Shown here: positions 10,435 to 19,997 of the stretch, piece by piece
How positions within the stretch are numbered: position 1 is the stretch's first letter
Layout of the letters: the number at the start of each line of letters is the position of its first letter
NCBI GenBank assembly: GCA_038845265.1
Contig: JAWBQR010000002.1
Span: forward strand, 32,001-96,000
Source: Nitrososphaerota archaeon
GTDB taxonomy: Archaea; Thermoproteota; Nitrososphaeria_A; Caldarchaeales; Calditenuaceae
Direction of reading: 5' to 3'
DNA length: 64,000 nucleotides
Made by a program: the position numbers and the translations under genes
Notes under the pieces: generated by a model
Told to the model about the DNA's origin: nothing
The model's database searches: none
Seen by the model: the letters and a program-made list of their open reading frames with translations, nothing else

Positions 10435-11220
10435 ATGGTTGTTGTGGGGGTTATTGGGGGTTCTGGTGTTTATAGTGTTGATATGCTGAGCGGTGTGCGG
10501 CAGGAGAAGGTTTTTACGCCTTTTGGTGCTCCGAGCTCTTTGTTGACGGTGGGTGAGTTTGGTGGTCGTCGTGTTGTTTTTCTTCCTCGGCATGGTGTTG
10601 GGCATTCTGTTCCGCCTCATATGATTAATTATCGGGCGAATGTCTGGGCTCTTCGTGAGCTTGGGGTCGAGCGTGTCTTGGCGCCTAGTGCTGTTGGTAG
10701 TCTGAGGGACGAGTTTAGGCCGGGTGAGCTTGTATTGCCTGACCAGTTTATTGACCGGACTTGGGGTAGGCCTGGTACGTTTTATGATGGTGGCCGTGTG
10801 GCGCATATCTCGATGGCTGATCCATTTTGTCCTGAGTTGATGGATGTTGTTTATGACGTGGCTGTGGGTCTTGGATTACCTATTCATCGTGGTGGGACTT
10901 ATGTCTGTATTCAGGGGCCGAGGTTTTCGACGAGGGCTGAGTCAAAGATGTTCCGGATGTGGGGTGGCGACATTATTGGTATGACGCTTGTGCCTGAGGT
11001 GAATCTTGCGAGGGAGGCCGGGATGTGTTACTTGACTATCGCGATGGTTACGGATTATGACTGCTGGAAGGAGGGTTGGAGAGTGACTGCTGAGGAGGTT
11101 GTGAGGACGATGGCAAGTAATGTCGAGAAAGTGCAGAAGCTTTTAGCGAAGGTGATTCCGTCTATTCCTGAGAAGCGTGGGTGTAGGTGTGGTGAATACA
11201 TTAATGAGGCTCTTCTCTGA
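10435..11220 (+). CDS. mtnP: S-methyl-5'-thioadenosine phosphorylase
   Basis: GVIGGSG, RHG..H..PP..INYRAN, GPRFSTRAES, GMT..PE..LARE, VTDYD; ATG at 10435 preferred to TTG at 10423. Confidence 0.93.
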   Translation: MVVVGVIGGSGVYSVDMLSGVRQEKVFTPFGAPSSLLTVGEFGGRRVVFLPRHGVGHSVPPHMINYRANVWALRELGVERVLAPSAVGSLRDEFRPGELVLPDQFIDRTWGRPGTFYDGGRVAHISMADPFCPELMDVVYDVAVGLGLPIHRGGTYVCIQGPRFSTRAESKMFRMWGGDIIGMTLVPEVNLAREAGMCYLTIAMVTDYDCWKEGWRVTAEEVVRTMASNVEKVQKLLAKVIPSIPEKRGCRCGEYINEALL

Positions 11221-11397
11221 GGAGTGTTAAGAATCTGGGATTTTCTGCAAAATTGCTTAACAATCTGGGTTCTATTCTTTATGGATTCAGCTAGGTTTTC
11301 TGCCTTGTCTTTTATGTGGGTGGACTTTTCATAACTATGGTTTTTCTTATTCCTCACCGACATAATATTATTCCAAATTGATGAATATAATCTTGCT

Positions 11398-11415
11398 GAC
11401 ATAATTAATTATGTC
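11398..11415. repeat. Perfect 18-bp palindrome GACATAATTAATTATGTC in the largest intergenic gap
   Basis: Read directly; a related half-site GACATAATATTAT lies at about 11359. Confidence 0.6.
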
Positions 11416-11638
11416 TCAGACGATTTTTATCTGGTCTCATTGTATCTTTGAATGAAGCTAATCTATAGAGTCTTCAAAGAGTATTTATTATGTCTTTAGC
11501 TTTCTGCAAGTTGAGAGGCATAATAATCGATATAGCATATTGTTCCGAATGCCACTAACTAGCGCGTAATTAAACCATTTTTAGATATACTGAAAGTTTT
11601 TATATAATTATTGATTGAAAAAACTACTATTTACGGAA

Positions 11639-12601
11639 TCATCGTGTTACATGCGTTCCTGCTTTTCCATTTATGGCATCTATTAATTGGTTTAGGTCCG
11701 CTATTATGGCTTCTTCTCCACCATTCTCGATGAATCTTACTGCCGCTATTATTTTTGGCAACATGCTTCCTTCAGCGAAGTGTCCTTCTTTAATGTATTG
11801 CTTAAGCTCCTCGACGCGTATTTTTTCGATCTTCTTTTGATTTTGCTTCCCGAAGTTGAGGTATGCTGCATCTATATCTGTCAGAATAACAAATTTGTCA
11901 GCTCTAACCAGTGAGGCGAGCCTCTCGCCTGCTAGGTCCTTGTCTATTACAGCATCAACACCCTTTAGTCCTTCATCGGTCTCAATGACTGGTATGCCGC
12001 CGCCTCCACACGCCACTACTACAAATCCAGTCTCTACTAGTCTCTTTATTGCGTCTCCCTCAATTATCTCTTTCGGGTCGGGTGATGGAACGACTCTTCT
12101 CCATCCACCTCTCGCCTTATCTTCCTTAAACACGTATTCTGGATGCTCCTTTTTTATCTCCTCCATCTCTTCTTTAGCGTAGAATGGGCCGACTGGCTTC
12201 GTTGGGTTCTTGAATGCTGGGTCTTCGCGATCTACTAGAACTCTTGTAACTACGGATACTACGCCCTTATTTATTGCTCTCTTTCTAAACTCATTTCCCA
12301 ATGCTTGTTGGATCATGTATCCAATGAATCCTTGAGTCTCAGACCCACAGACGTCCATAGGGAAGGCCGGAATCTCATAGACCTTCTTACCTGCTTCGTG
12401 TCTAAGGATAGTCGCTCCTACTTGAGGACCGTTTCCATGCGTGATAACAATCTTGTAATTCTTCTCGACTAAGTCCGCTAATATTTTTGCGGTTTTCCTG
12501 ACATTTTCATACTGTTCTTCAAAGCTGCCATCTTGTCCCCGTCTAAGAAGAGCATTACCTCCTAAAGCTATAACTACGAGTTTTTCGGTCCCACTTCTCA
12601 T
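11639..12601 (-). CDS. arcC: Carbamate kinase
   Basis: ALGGNA, HGNGPQVG, PTKPVGPFY, RRVVPSP, GGGGIPV, VIDKD, GSMLPK. Confidence 0.95.
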   Translation of the reverse strand: MRSGTEKLVVIALGGNALLRRGQDGSFEEQYENVRKTAKILADLVEKNYKIVITHGNGPQVGATILRHEAGKKVYEIPAFPMDVCGSETQGFIGYMIQQALGNEFRKRAINKGVVSVVTRVLVDREDPAFKNPTKPVGPFYAKEEMEEIKKEHPEYVFKEDKARGGWRRVVPSPDPKEIIEGDAIKRLVETGFVVVACGGGGIPVIETDEGLKGVDAVIDKDLAGERLASLVRADKFVILTDIDAAYLNFGKQNQKKIEKIRVEELKQYIKEGHFAEGSMLPKIIAAVRFIENGGEEAIIADLNQLIDAINGKAGTHVTR

Positions 12602-12715
12602 ATTGTATTACTTAAAAGTGCTGAAATTTATAACTAATGATGTGGTTTAAGTGTTGTTTTTTACTACATTTATTAAAATTTATATTATACATCAGATCAA
12701 TTTAACCGAGGCTTC

Positions 12716-13768
12716 ATGAGTGTTCCATCTTATGTCGGATCTATGAAAGGTAAGGACTTCATTAATACAAATGACTTTACACAGGAGGAGATACATGCAA
12801 TAATTAAGGCTGCCATGGATTTGAGGGAGAAGTATTGGTCAAGAGTCCCGACGAACTATCTGCAAGGAAAAACACTATTTATGCTGTTCTACAATAGGTC
12901 TCTGAGGACTAGGAATTCTTTCGAGGCAGGGATGCATCAGCTTGGAGGACACGCTCACTTCCTCAGCCCACAGGATGTATATACTCCTACCCTTCCAGAA
13001 GACATGATACCTTATCAGACTGAAGCTATAGCAGATGTGGCCCGCGTCCTAAGCAGGTATGGAGACGCCATCGCTATTAGGATTTATGGCGATGCCGCTA
13101 AATGGGTCATAGGCAGGGGAAATAGAGTGATACAGGAGTTTGCTAAGTGGAGCACTATTCCTGTATTAAACATGGAGGATGACATCTACCATCCATTTCA
13201 AGCACTAGCAGACATGATGGCGATTATGCAGGTGGCTCCAAAGCCTAAGGGAAAGAAGTTCGTCGTATCCTATGCTTATTCAGGTGGGCTTAAACCACTT
13301 GCTGTCCCTCAGAGCTGCGTCTTAATAGGGACGCAGTTTGGAATGGACGTAGTGCTGGCACATCCTCCCGGATTTGAGTTAGAAGACCATGTCATAAAGG
13401 CTGCTAAAGAGAACGCCGACAGGTATGGCGGAAGCTTCACGGTAGTAAACGACATGAAGGAGGCTTTCAGGGATGCTGACTTTGTGTATCCAAAGGCATG
13501 GTCTCCGAAGAGGTTCTTCCCACCCTACAACTCCAAGGTGGATAAGGAAGGCGCCATGGAGTATCAGAACAGATTCAAGGACTGGATCTGTACCCAGGAA
13601 TTGATGGATTTAACGAATAAGGGTAAATACATGCATTGCGGGCCTGCTGACAGAGGCCAAGAGGTCGTTGACGAAGTAATAGATAATCCTAACTACTCTC
13701 TTTACTTTGAGCAGGCTGAGAATAGGCTGCACGTCCAGAAGGCCGTAATGAGCATGGTCATGGGGTAG
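12716..13768 (+). CDS. Carbamoyltransferase (ATCase/OTCase superfamily), YgeW/N-acyl-OTC-like
   Basis: SLRTRNSFE, HPFQ, AYSGGLKPLAVPQ loop, HCGP in place of HCLP, QAENRLH. Confidence 0.85.
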   Translation: MSVPSYVGSMKGKDFINTNDFTQEEIHAIIKAAMDLREKYWSRVPTNYLQGKTLFMLFYNRSLRTRNSFEAGMHQLGGHAHFLSPQDVYTPTLPEDMIPYQTEAIADVARVLSRYGDAIAIRIYGDAAKWVIGRGNRVIQEFAKWSTIPVLNMEDDIYHPFQALADMMAIMQVAPKPKGKKFVVSYAYSGGLKPLAVPQSCVLIGTQFGMDVVLAHPPGFELEDHVIKAAKENADRYGGSFTVVNDMKEAFRDADFVYPKAWSPKRFFPPYNSKVDKEGAMEYQNRFKDWICTQELMDLTNKGKYMHCGPADRGQEVVDEVIDNPNYSLYFEQAENRLHVQKAVMSMVMG

Positions 13769-13780
13769 AGAGGTTCGGAA

Positions 13781-14827
13781 TTGCCGAGAGTAGTTGTGCC
13801 ACCTGCTGCAAAATCGATACTTGACGCGATCGGAAACACGCCGCTGGTAAGGCTCAGCAGAATACCCAGCAGTGAGGGAATCAAGAGTAACATCTGGTGC
13901 AAGCTTGAGTACTTCAACCCAAGTGGGAGTCTTAAGGACAGACCATATCGAGAGATGATACTGAACGCGATCAAGAGAGGCGACCTAAAGCCGGGAATGG
14001 AGATAATCGAAGTATCGACAGGGAACGCGGGAATAGCATGCACATTCATCGGGACCCTACTCGGCTACAAGGTGACCATAGTCATGCCTGAGGGAATGAG
14101 TGAGGAGAGGAAAAAGCTTATCAGGGGTCTCGGCGGAGAAATAATATTCACGCCTGGAGCAGAGAGCGACGTAGACCTAAGCATAGAGAAGGCTAAGAAA
14201 CTCATAGAAGAGAACCCGGGAAAATACTGGATGCCTAATCAATACGACAACCCAGACAACATTGCGGCTCACTACAGGACCACCGGGCCAGAAATCTGGA
14301 GACAGCTTAAGGGAAAGGTAGATGCATTCGTAGCCACCCAGGGAACTGGGGGAACCATAAGTGGTGTTGGGAGATACTTAAAAAAGATGAGAAAAGGTGT
14401 CAAGATTTATGCAGGCGAGCCGACCGAGGCCCCGATGCTCGCTTATGGCAAGTGGGGCTCCCATAGAATCGAGGGCATAGGAGACGGATTCGTCCCTAAA
14501 AACCTAGACCTAAGCATACTCACTGGAGTAATATTGGTAAGGTCCGACGAGGCAATAGAGATGACGAAGAGGCTGATAAGAGAGGAAGGAATATTCTGCG
14601 GAATCTCCTCCGGAGCAAACGTCGTCATGGCAATAAAGCTCGCAAAGAAGCATCCAGAACTAAAAAACATCGTAGCAATGATCAATGATAATGGATATAG
14701 ATACTTCTCTACCGCGGTCTTCGGCGTCGAGAAGGAGATCAGCATACCTGAGCGCGAACACCCAATGGACGAATACACCCGAAAACAGCTCGAGATCCAT
14801 CAGCCCAGATGGGAGATAATCGAGTAG
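13781..14827 (+). CDS. Cysteine synthase-family PLP enzyme
   Basis: IGNTPLV, NPSGSLKDR, STGNAG, GTGGT, IEGIG, GISSGA. Confidence 0.85.
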   Translation: MPRVVVPPAAKSILDAIGNTPLVRLSRIPSSEGIKSNIWCKLEYFNPSGSLKDRPYREMILNAIKRGDLKPGMEIIEVSTGNAGIACTFIGTLLGYKVTIVMPEGMSEERKKLIRGLGGEIIFTPGAESDVDLSIEKAKKLIEENPGKYWMPNQYDNPDNIAAHYRTTGPEIWRQLKGKVDAFVATQGTGGTISGVGRYLKKMRKGVKIYAGEPTEAPMLAYGKWGSHRIEGIGDGFVPKNLDLSILTGVILVRSDEAIEMTKRLIREEGIFCGISSGANVVMAIKLAKKHPELKNIVAMINDNGYRYFSTAVFGVEKEISIPEREHPMDEYTRKQLEIHQPRWEIIE

Positions 14828-14870
14828 CAATCATTTTCAACGCTTAAGACAAACCCGAGGGTAATTATTT

Positions 14871-16124
14871 ATGAACAATGAATTTCTCGAGAGGCTTATC
14901 TGCTCTAAGTGCGGAAGGGAATACTCGCCAGAGTCAAATCCACTTATGTGCATCAACAAGGATAAAGGGAGACTGGACATCGTTTACAACTACTCTGCAG
15001 TTTCTCAGAGACTGACAAGGGACGAGCTTGGAAGGAGGGAGACCAGCGGTGTCTGGCGGTACTGGGAGCTCCTACCAGTCAGCAAGGAATACGCGGTATC
15101 CCTCGGCGAAGGCAATACACCACTCATCAAGGCGGAGAGACTCGCAGAGAAGCTCAGAACCAAGAAGCTATACCTAAAAGACGAGACAAGAAACCCCTCC
15201 TCCTCATTCAAGGACAGAGCCATGACCATAGGCGTGAGCAAGGCGGTCGAGATGAGGGCAGACACCGTGGTAACCGCGTCGAGCGGAAACGCAGCCGCAG
15301 CCCTCGCTGCCTACGCTGCGAGAAGTGGATTAAGATGCGTCGCATTTGTCCCCGAAGATGTTGCCGCCGGAAAAGTATCGCAGCTACTTCTTTACGGCGC
15401 AAGGGTCTTCAGGGTCAAGCAGGTCGAGGAGGGAGTGGACCCAACTGTCCAACTAATGATCCTTACTCACGAGAAGCTAAACTGGTATACTTGCCCAAGC
15501 TTCGGGCCATTCAATCCCTACCAAGTAGAGGGACCGAAGACGATGCTATACGAGATAGTCGAGCAGCTGGGCTGGAGAATACCAGACTTCATCTTCGTAC
15601 CAACAGGGTCAGGATGCCTAATCACGGGGCTATGGAAGGCATGCATGGACCTGAAGAATATTGGACTCATGGATGAGTATCCTAGGCTAGTCTTGGTTCA
15701 GCCGACTGGAAACATGCCTCTTGTCGATGCGCTTAAGCGAGGACTCTCCTTCTCAGAGATAAGGCCCACGCCATATCCACACTCAGTTGCTTCGGGTCTC
15801 CTCGACCCCTACCCATGGGACGGAGACCTAGCCCTCGAGGCTGTTAGGAAGACTGGTGGTGCAGGCGTAGCAGTATCTGACGAGGAGATAATGAATGCCG
15901 TCAAGATGCTCGCGGGACTCGAGGGAGTCTTCGCCGAGCCCTCAGGCGCAGCGGGGCTTGCAGCCCTATTAAGGCTGCTCGACGAGGGAGTAGTTTCACC
16001 TAGTGATGAATCAGTCGTCCTAGTGACTGGGTCGGGCTTGAAGGAGCCGGAGAAGATCGTAAGGCTGTATCCTGAGACCCCGCTGATTGAGCCTAGCCTT
16101 GAGGAGGTCCTTAAGCGTATATAG
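14871..16124 (+). CDS. Threonine synthase-family PLP enzyme
   Basis: N-terminal CxxC, GEGNTPL, NPSSSFKDR, SSGNA, PTGSG, EPSGAA, TGSGLK. Confidence 0.85.
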   Translation: MNNEFLERLICSKCGREYSPESNPLMCINKDKGRLDIVYNYSAVSQRLTRDELGRRETSGVWRYWELLPVSKEYAVSLGEGNTPLIKAERLAEKLRTKKLYLKDETRNPSSSFKDRAMTIGVSKAVEMRADTVVTASSGNAAAALAAYAARSGLRCVAFVPEDVAAGKVSQLLLYGARVFRVKQVEEGVDPTVQLMILTHEKLNWYTCPSFGPFNPYQVEGPKTMLYEIVEQLGWRIPDFIFVPTGSGCLITGLWKACMDLKNIGLMDEYPRLVLVQPTGNMPLVDALKRGLSFSEIRPTPYPHSVASGLLDPYPWDGDLALEAVRKTGGAGVAVSDEEIMNAVKMLAGLEGVFAEPSGAAGLAALLRLLDEGVVSPSDESVVLVTGSGLKEPEKIVRLYPETPLIEPSLEEVLKRI

Positions 16125-16829
16125 TTACCACTCGCTGTGGACGAGTTTGCTGAATAAGCCTACTTTGCTAATGTTTAGTCTCATTGCGAGGATAGTCTCA
16201 GCGAGCTTTACACCGGCCTTGACGGGGTCTATTACTGGCATATCCAATTTTTTTGAAAGCTTTTCATCATAACCGGCTAGGCCAGCGCATCCAAGTATCA
16301 AGACCTCTGCGCCCCTACTTCTTGCTCTCTCTCCTGCCTCCACTAAGGGCTTTAGAACTTCTTCTTCACTCATTCTGTCTACATCGACTACTGATAATTT
16401 CATAGATTCTATTGATGCGAGCCTCTTCTCCAATCCGTACCTAAAGACCATGTTTTCCATCAGTGGGATTGCCTTTTCTGAGACGGCTAGTATCGAGTAC
16501 TTCCAGCCAAGGGCTAATGCCATTAGTATTGAGCTCTCACCTATGCCCAGTACCGGTATGTCTAGAATCTCTCTCAATGCATACATTCCTGGGTCGTCGA
16601 AACATGCTATTACTACGGCGTCAATTTTTCCTAGGCTTGGACGTATGACCTCCCTGATAATATTGATGGTTGAGGTCGCTTCATCCATGAAGGACTCTAT
16701 TGCCTCTGGCCCAGATTCAGGATTCTTCACAATTACTTCAACATCCTTAGATGCTGCCTGTCTTGCACTTTTCTCTATCATATACGTCATGTGTCGCGAT
16801 GTGTTTGGATTTACTAACAAAATTTTCAT
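16125..16829 (-). CDS. Hydantoin racemase (Asp/Glu/hydantoin racemase family)
   Basis: NPNTS..MT, IACFDDPG and LGCAG catalytic cysteines, PVIDPV. Confidence 0.88.
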   Translation of the reverse strand: MKILLVNPNTSRHMTYMIEKSARQAASKDVEVIVKNPESGPEAIESFMDEATSTINIIREVIRPSLGKIDAVVIACFDDPGMYALREILDIPVLGIGESSILMALALGWKYSILAVSEKAIPLMENMVFRYGLEKRLASIESMKLSVVDVDRMSEEEVLKPLVEAGERARSRGAEVLILGCAGLAGYDEKLSKKLDMPVIDPVKAGVKLAETILAMRLNISKVGLFSKLVHSEW

Positions 16830-16888
16830 ATAAAAAAATTTATATCTTAGGTAAATAAATCTTTTTCGAGAATAATCAATTATGGTGA

Positions 16889-18244
16889 ATGTCTATGTCT
16901 TTAACATACATAAAGAATGGTAATGTTATAACAAGGTACGGATTGATTAAGGGTGGAAGCATTCTTATTTCTGATGAGAGGATAGCGGCAATAGTCAAAG
17001 GCGAAATCCCAGTTCAGGCAGACATAGTCATAGACGCGGACTCAAAGCTAATCTTACCAGGAGCCATAGATGTGCATCCCCATATAGATGATCCAAACTT
17101 CTTTGAGGGCAGAGAAGATTTCGAGACTGGTACGAGATCTGCGATAGTGGGTGGAGTTACCTCAATGGTTGAAATGCCCACTTGGAATCCAGTCCTAGAA
17201 AAATCAGTCATAGAGAATAAGATTGATAGAGGGAAGAGAATGAGCTATATTGACTTTAAGCTTCATGCTGGAAATGTCCGAGAAATATTAGACGAATCTG
17301 TCGTTAATGAACTCGAGAAGCTTGGAGTAATGTCTTATAAGACATTCACCTGCGATCCATACCTCTGTACAGACTATGTGATTCATGAAAACTTTAGAAA
17401 GTATGCTGATAGTGGGATAATATTCATGTTTCATGCAGAGAATAATGAGATTTTGAATGGTGTTAAGAAGGAGTTTGATGATAAAAAGATGAAGTCAGCG
17501 CGCTATCATCACTTGACTAGGCCATCGATCGCCGAGGTAGAGGCTGTAAATAGGATTCTCTTATTGGCCGAAAAGACTAATGCACAGATATATTTCGTTC
17601 ATATTAGTCTAGGCGAGTCTGTAAGGCTGATTAATGAGGCCAAGACGAGGAATGTTAAGGTCAAACTAGAGACGTGCCCCCACTATCTCTACTTTACTGA
17701 TAAGGACATGGAGAGGCTAGGGCCATACCTCAAGGTGAACCCCCCGGTCAGGACCGAAGATGATAGGAAAGCATTGATCAACTATCTAAATGCCGGCGTA
17801 GTAGACATAATTGCTAGTGATCATTATCCCACCTTCAAAGATGAGAGAGAGCCAGGATGGGAAGATATGGATAGAGTGAGGTCGGGGCTTCCTGGAATAG
17901 GAACGCTTTATCAATCAATAATCAACCTAATGCTAAATAATATTCTTAAGCCTGAGGTAGTTGTTAAAGTCCTTTCTGAGAATCCTGCTGAGATATTTAA
18001 GATCTCTGACAGAAAGGGCGGAATAGCTGTTGGAAAGGACGCGGACCTAGTTATACTTGATCCTAAAAGAGAGGTTCGAGTTACTCCGGAGAAATTCTTA
18101 ATCCATAGTGGCTGGACTCCCCTTGATGGAAGAGTATTCAAAGGCTATATAGAGAAGGTCATACTTAGGGGAGAAGTCGTAGTAGAAGACTATGAAATCA
18201 AAGCGAGAAAACCTGCAAAATATATAGGGACAGCCTTGTCTTAG
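16889..18244 (+). CDS. Cyclic amidohydrolase, L-hydantoinase/allantoinase-like
   Basis: PG.IDVHPH, GGVT..VEMP, HAEN, ETCPHYL, GPYLKVNPP, SDH, GKDADLV; lacks the HxHxR arginine of dihydroorotases. Confidence 0.8.
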   Translation: MSMSLTYIKNGNVITRYGLIKGGSILISDERIAAIVKGEIPVQADIVIDADSKLILPGAIDVHPHIDDPNFFEGREDFETGTRSAIVGGVTSMVEMPTWNPVLEKSVIENKIDRGKRMSYIDFKLHAGNVREILDESVVNELEKLGVMSYKTFTCDPYLCTDYVIHENFRKYADSGIIFMFHAENNEILNGVKKEFDDKKMKSARYHHLTRPSIAEVEAVNRILLLAEKTNAQIYFVHISLGESVRLINEAKTRNVKVKLETCPHYLYFTDKDMERLGPYLKVNPPVRTEDDRKALINYLNAGVVDIIASDHYPTFKDEREPGWEDMDRVRSGLPGIGTLYQSIINLMLNNILKPEVVVKVLSENPAEIFKISDRKGGIAVGKDADLVILDPKREVRVTPEKFLIHSGWTPLDGRVFKGYIEKVILRGEVVVEDYEIKARKPAKYIGTALS

Positions 18245-19980
18245 GATACTTCGATACTATTCATGAATTCATCGACAGTTAAGATATCGCCCGGCATGCC
18301 ATACTCGCGTAGAGATTGCGACAAAAGTGTTACCTGAGTCGGTCTGACAAAGGTCTTTTTGAGTACCTCAGTATTGCTGAGCACCTCGTTTGTCGGGCCA
18401 TCTAGTAAGATCTTCCCCTCGGCCAATGCGATTGTCCTCCTAGCCCACCTAGCGACAATCCACATCTCATGAGTAATGATTATAATCGTATGTCCCATCT
18501 CGTTCAGCCTTTGTAGGAAGTTCATCACGTCTATGCTTTGAGGCGTGTCCTGACCTGTGGTCGGCTCATCAACGATAAGTACGTCGGGCTTCATGGCTAA
18601 AACCGATGCTACGGCAATCCTCTGCCTCATGCCCTTACTCATTAGGAATGGATGCTCGTCTAAGATGTCTTCCGGAACCCCAGTTATCTTTATACTTTCA
18701 CGGATCCTTTGCTCTATCTCTTCTTCCTTAACTAGTCCAAATGACAACAAGTTCCTTAGGCCGAACTCAAGCTCCTTTCTGATCGTATCATTAAAGATCT
18801 GATGGTCAGGGTTCTGGAACACGTATCCAACCTTGGATATTAGCCTCGGCGTCGGAGTTACCCTAGTATCCATGCCAAAAATCTTAACCGACCCAGACGT
18901 AGGTTTATAAATTCCAGCTATGAGCTTCGAGAGTGTCGTCTTCCCAGAACCATTTTGACCAATTAGCGCTATGAACTCTCCCTTCCTAATCTTAAGGTCT
19001 AATCCTCTCAGAGCAACTGTTCCATCTGGATAGACATAATGTAAATTATCAACTTCTACTGCAGTTTCATCTCCTAAATGAGCCGGAGGCATCCGAGTGT
19101 CCGTCCGCTTCTTATTAGGCATTATCCTTCTCTCACTGAATAATCTCGCTAAGGACTCTACTGCCTCCTCGAGGCTCAGCGTTATATTTCCAAGTAGGTT
19201 ACGCTTCTTTAGGTATCCCGAAATAGCGCAGACATCCGGCACCCTCACTCCATTCTCGATCAAGAAGTCAGGGTCTGAGAAGAACTTCTCAGTCGGAGCA
19301 TCTAGAAGGATCTCGCCATCCTTTAAAAGAATGAATCTATCCGCAATTCTAGCAAGCTCCTCCAAATGATGCTCAACGACAATAATTGTCTCTACGAGTC
19401 TCTGCCTCTTCATGGATGTGATAATTTCCATGATCTCGTCCTTTCCTATCGGATCGAGCATAGAGGTGGGCTCGTCAAGCACCATAACTTTCGGACTCAT
19501 AGCCAAGGTAGCGGCCAATGCAGTTCTCTGTTTTTGGCCCCCTGAGAGCTCGACAGGGTCCTTCATCCTGAATTCCGATAGGCGCGTCATCTCCAACGCC
19601 CATGAAACCTTGTCCCTCACCTCTTCAGGCCGGTATCCTAAGTTCTGAGGACCAAAAGCAACCTCTTCATCGACTCTCGAAAGAAGGAACTGAGTCTCAG
19701 GATCCTGGAAGGTCATGCCGACAAATGCGCAGAGCGCCGCCACCTCAGTCGACGCAGTATCTTGGCCTAGAACCCTGACTCTTCCCTTCATTGCGCCCCT
19801 TTGTGAATGAGGAATAAGACCATTAAACGTAGATACTAATGATGATTTTCCCGAATCATTAGGCCCGGTTATTACTACGAACTCCTCGGGATTTATCTTG
19901 AGATTTATTCCTTTTAGGACCCAGTCCTTAGAATACTCGTATCTCCACCATAAATCCTCAATCTCTATGACGGGCTCCAT
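18241..19980 (-). CDS. ECF transporter fused double ATPase (EcfA-A')
   Basis: Two ABC domains (GPNDSGKS/LSGGQ and GQNGSGKT/MSKGM) with FQDPE and FQNPD Q-helices. Confidence 0.9.
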   Translation of the reverse strand: MEPVIEIEDLWWRYEYSKDWVLKGINLKINPEEFVVITGPNDSGKSSLVSTFNGLIPHSQRGAMKGRVRVLGQDTASTEVAALCAFVGMTFQDPETQFLLSRVDEEVAFGPQNLGYRPEEVRDKVSWALEMTRLSEFRMKDPVELSGGQKQRTALAATLAMSPKVMVLDEPTSMLDPIGKDEIMEIITSMKRQRLVETIIVVEHHLEELARIADRFILLKDGEILLDAPTEKFFSDPDFLIENGVRVPDVCAISGYLKKRNLLGNITLSLEEAVESLARLFSERRIMPNKKRTDTRMPPAHLGDETAVEVDNLHYVYPDGTVALRGLDLKIRKGEFIALIGQNGSGKTTLSKLIAGIYKPTSGSVKIFGMDTRVTPTPRLISKVGYVFQNPDHQIFNDTIRKELEFGLRNLLSFGLVKEEEIEQRIRESIKITGVPEDILDEHPFLMSKGMRQRIAVASVLAMKPDVLIVDEPTTGQDTPQSIDVMNFLQRLNEMGHTIIIITHEMWIVARWARRTIALAEGKILLDGPTNEVLSNTEVLKKTFVRPTQVTLLSQSLREYGMPGDILTVDEFMNSIEVS

Positions 19981-19997
19981 TCAGACACCTCTCCCCC

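Noticed and set aside
9689-10806. Arg/Lys/Thr/Pro/Asn-rich minus-strand ORFs 9689-10084 and 10384-10806
   Set aside because: By-products of the G/T skew: the T-poor minus strand lacks stop codons, and they overlap ileS and mtnP.
11055-11402. 115-aa minus-strand ORF in the large gap
   Set aside because: Overlaps mtnP by 166 nt and has no recognisable motif; not supportable, though a shorter product cannot be excluded.
11576-11610. TTTAGATATAC, resembling one arm of Thermococcales dif sites
   Set aside because: The second arm does not match at 6-bp spacing and no Xer gene is in the window.
11639-13768. Reading arcC plus the transferase as the arginine deiminase pathway
   Set aside because: No arcA or arcD nearby, and the transferase lacks canonical ornithine-binding motifs.
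16889-18244. Dihydroorotase (pyrC) call
   Set aside because: No HxHxR arginine; the context is hydantoin racemase, not pyr genes.
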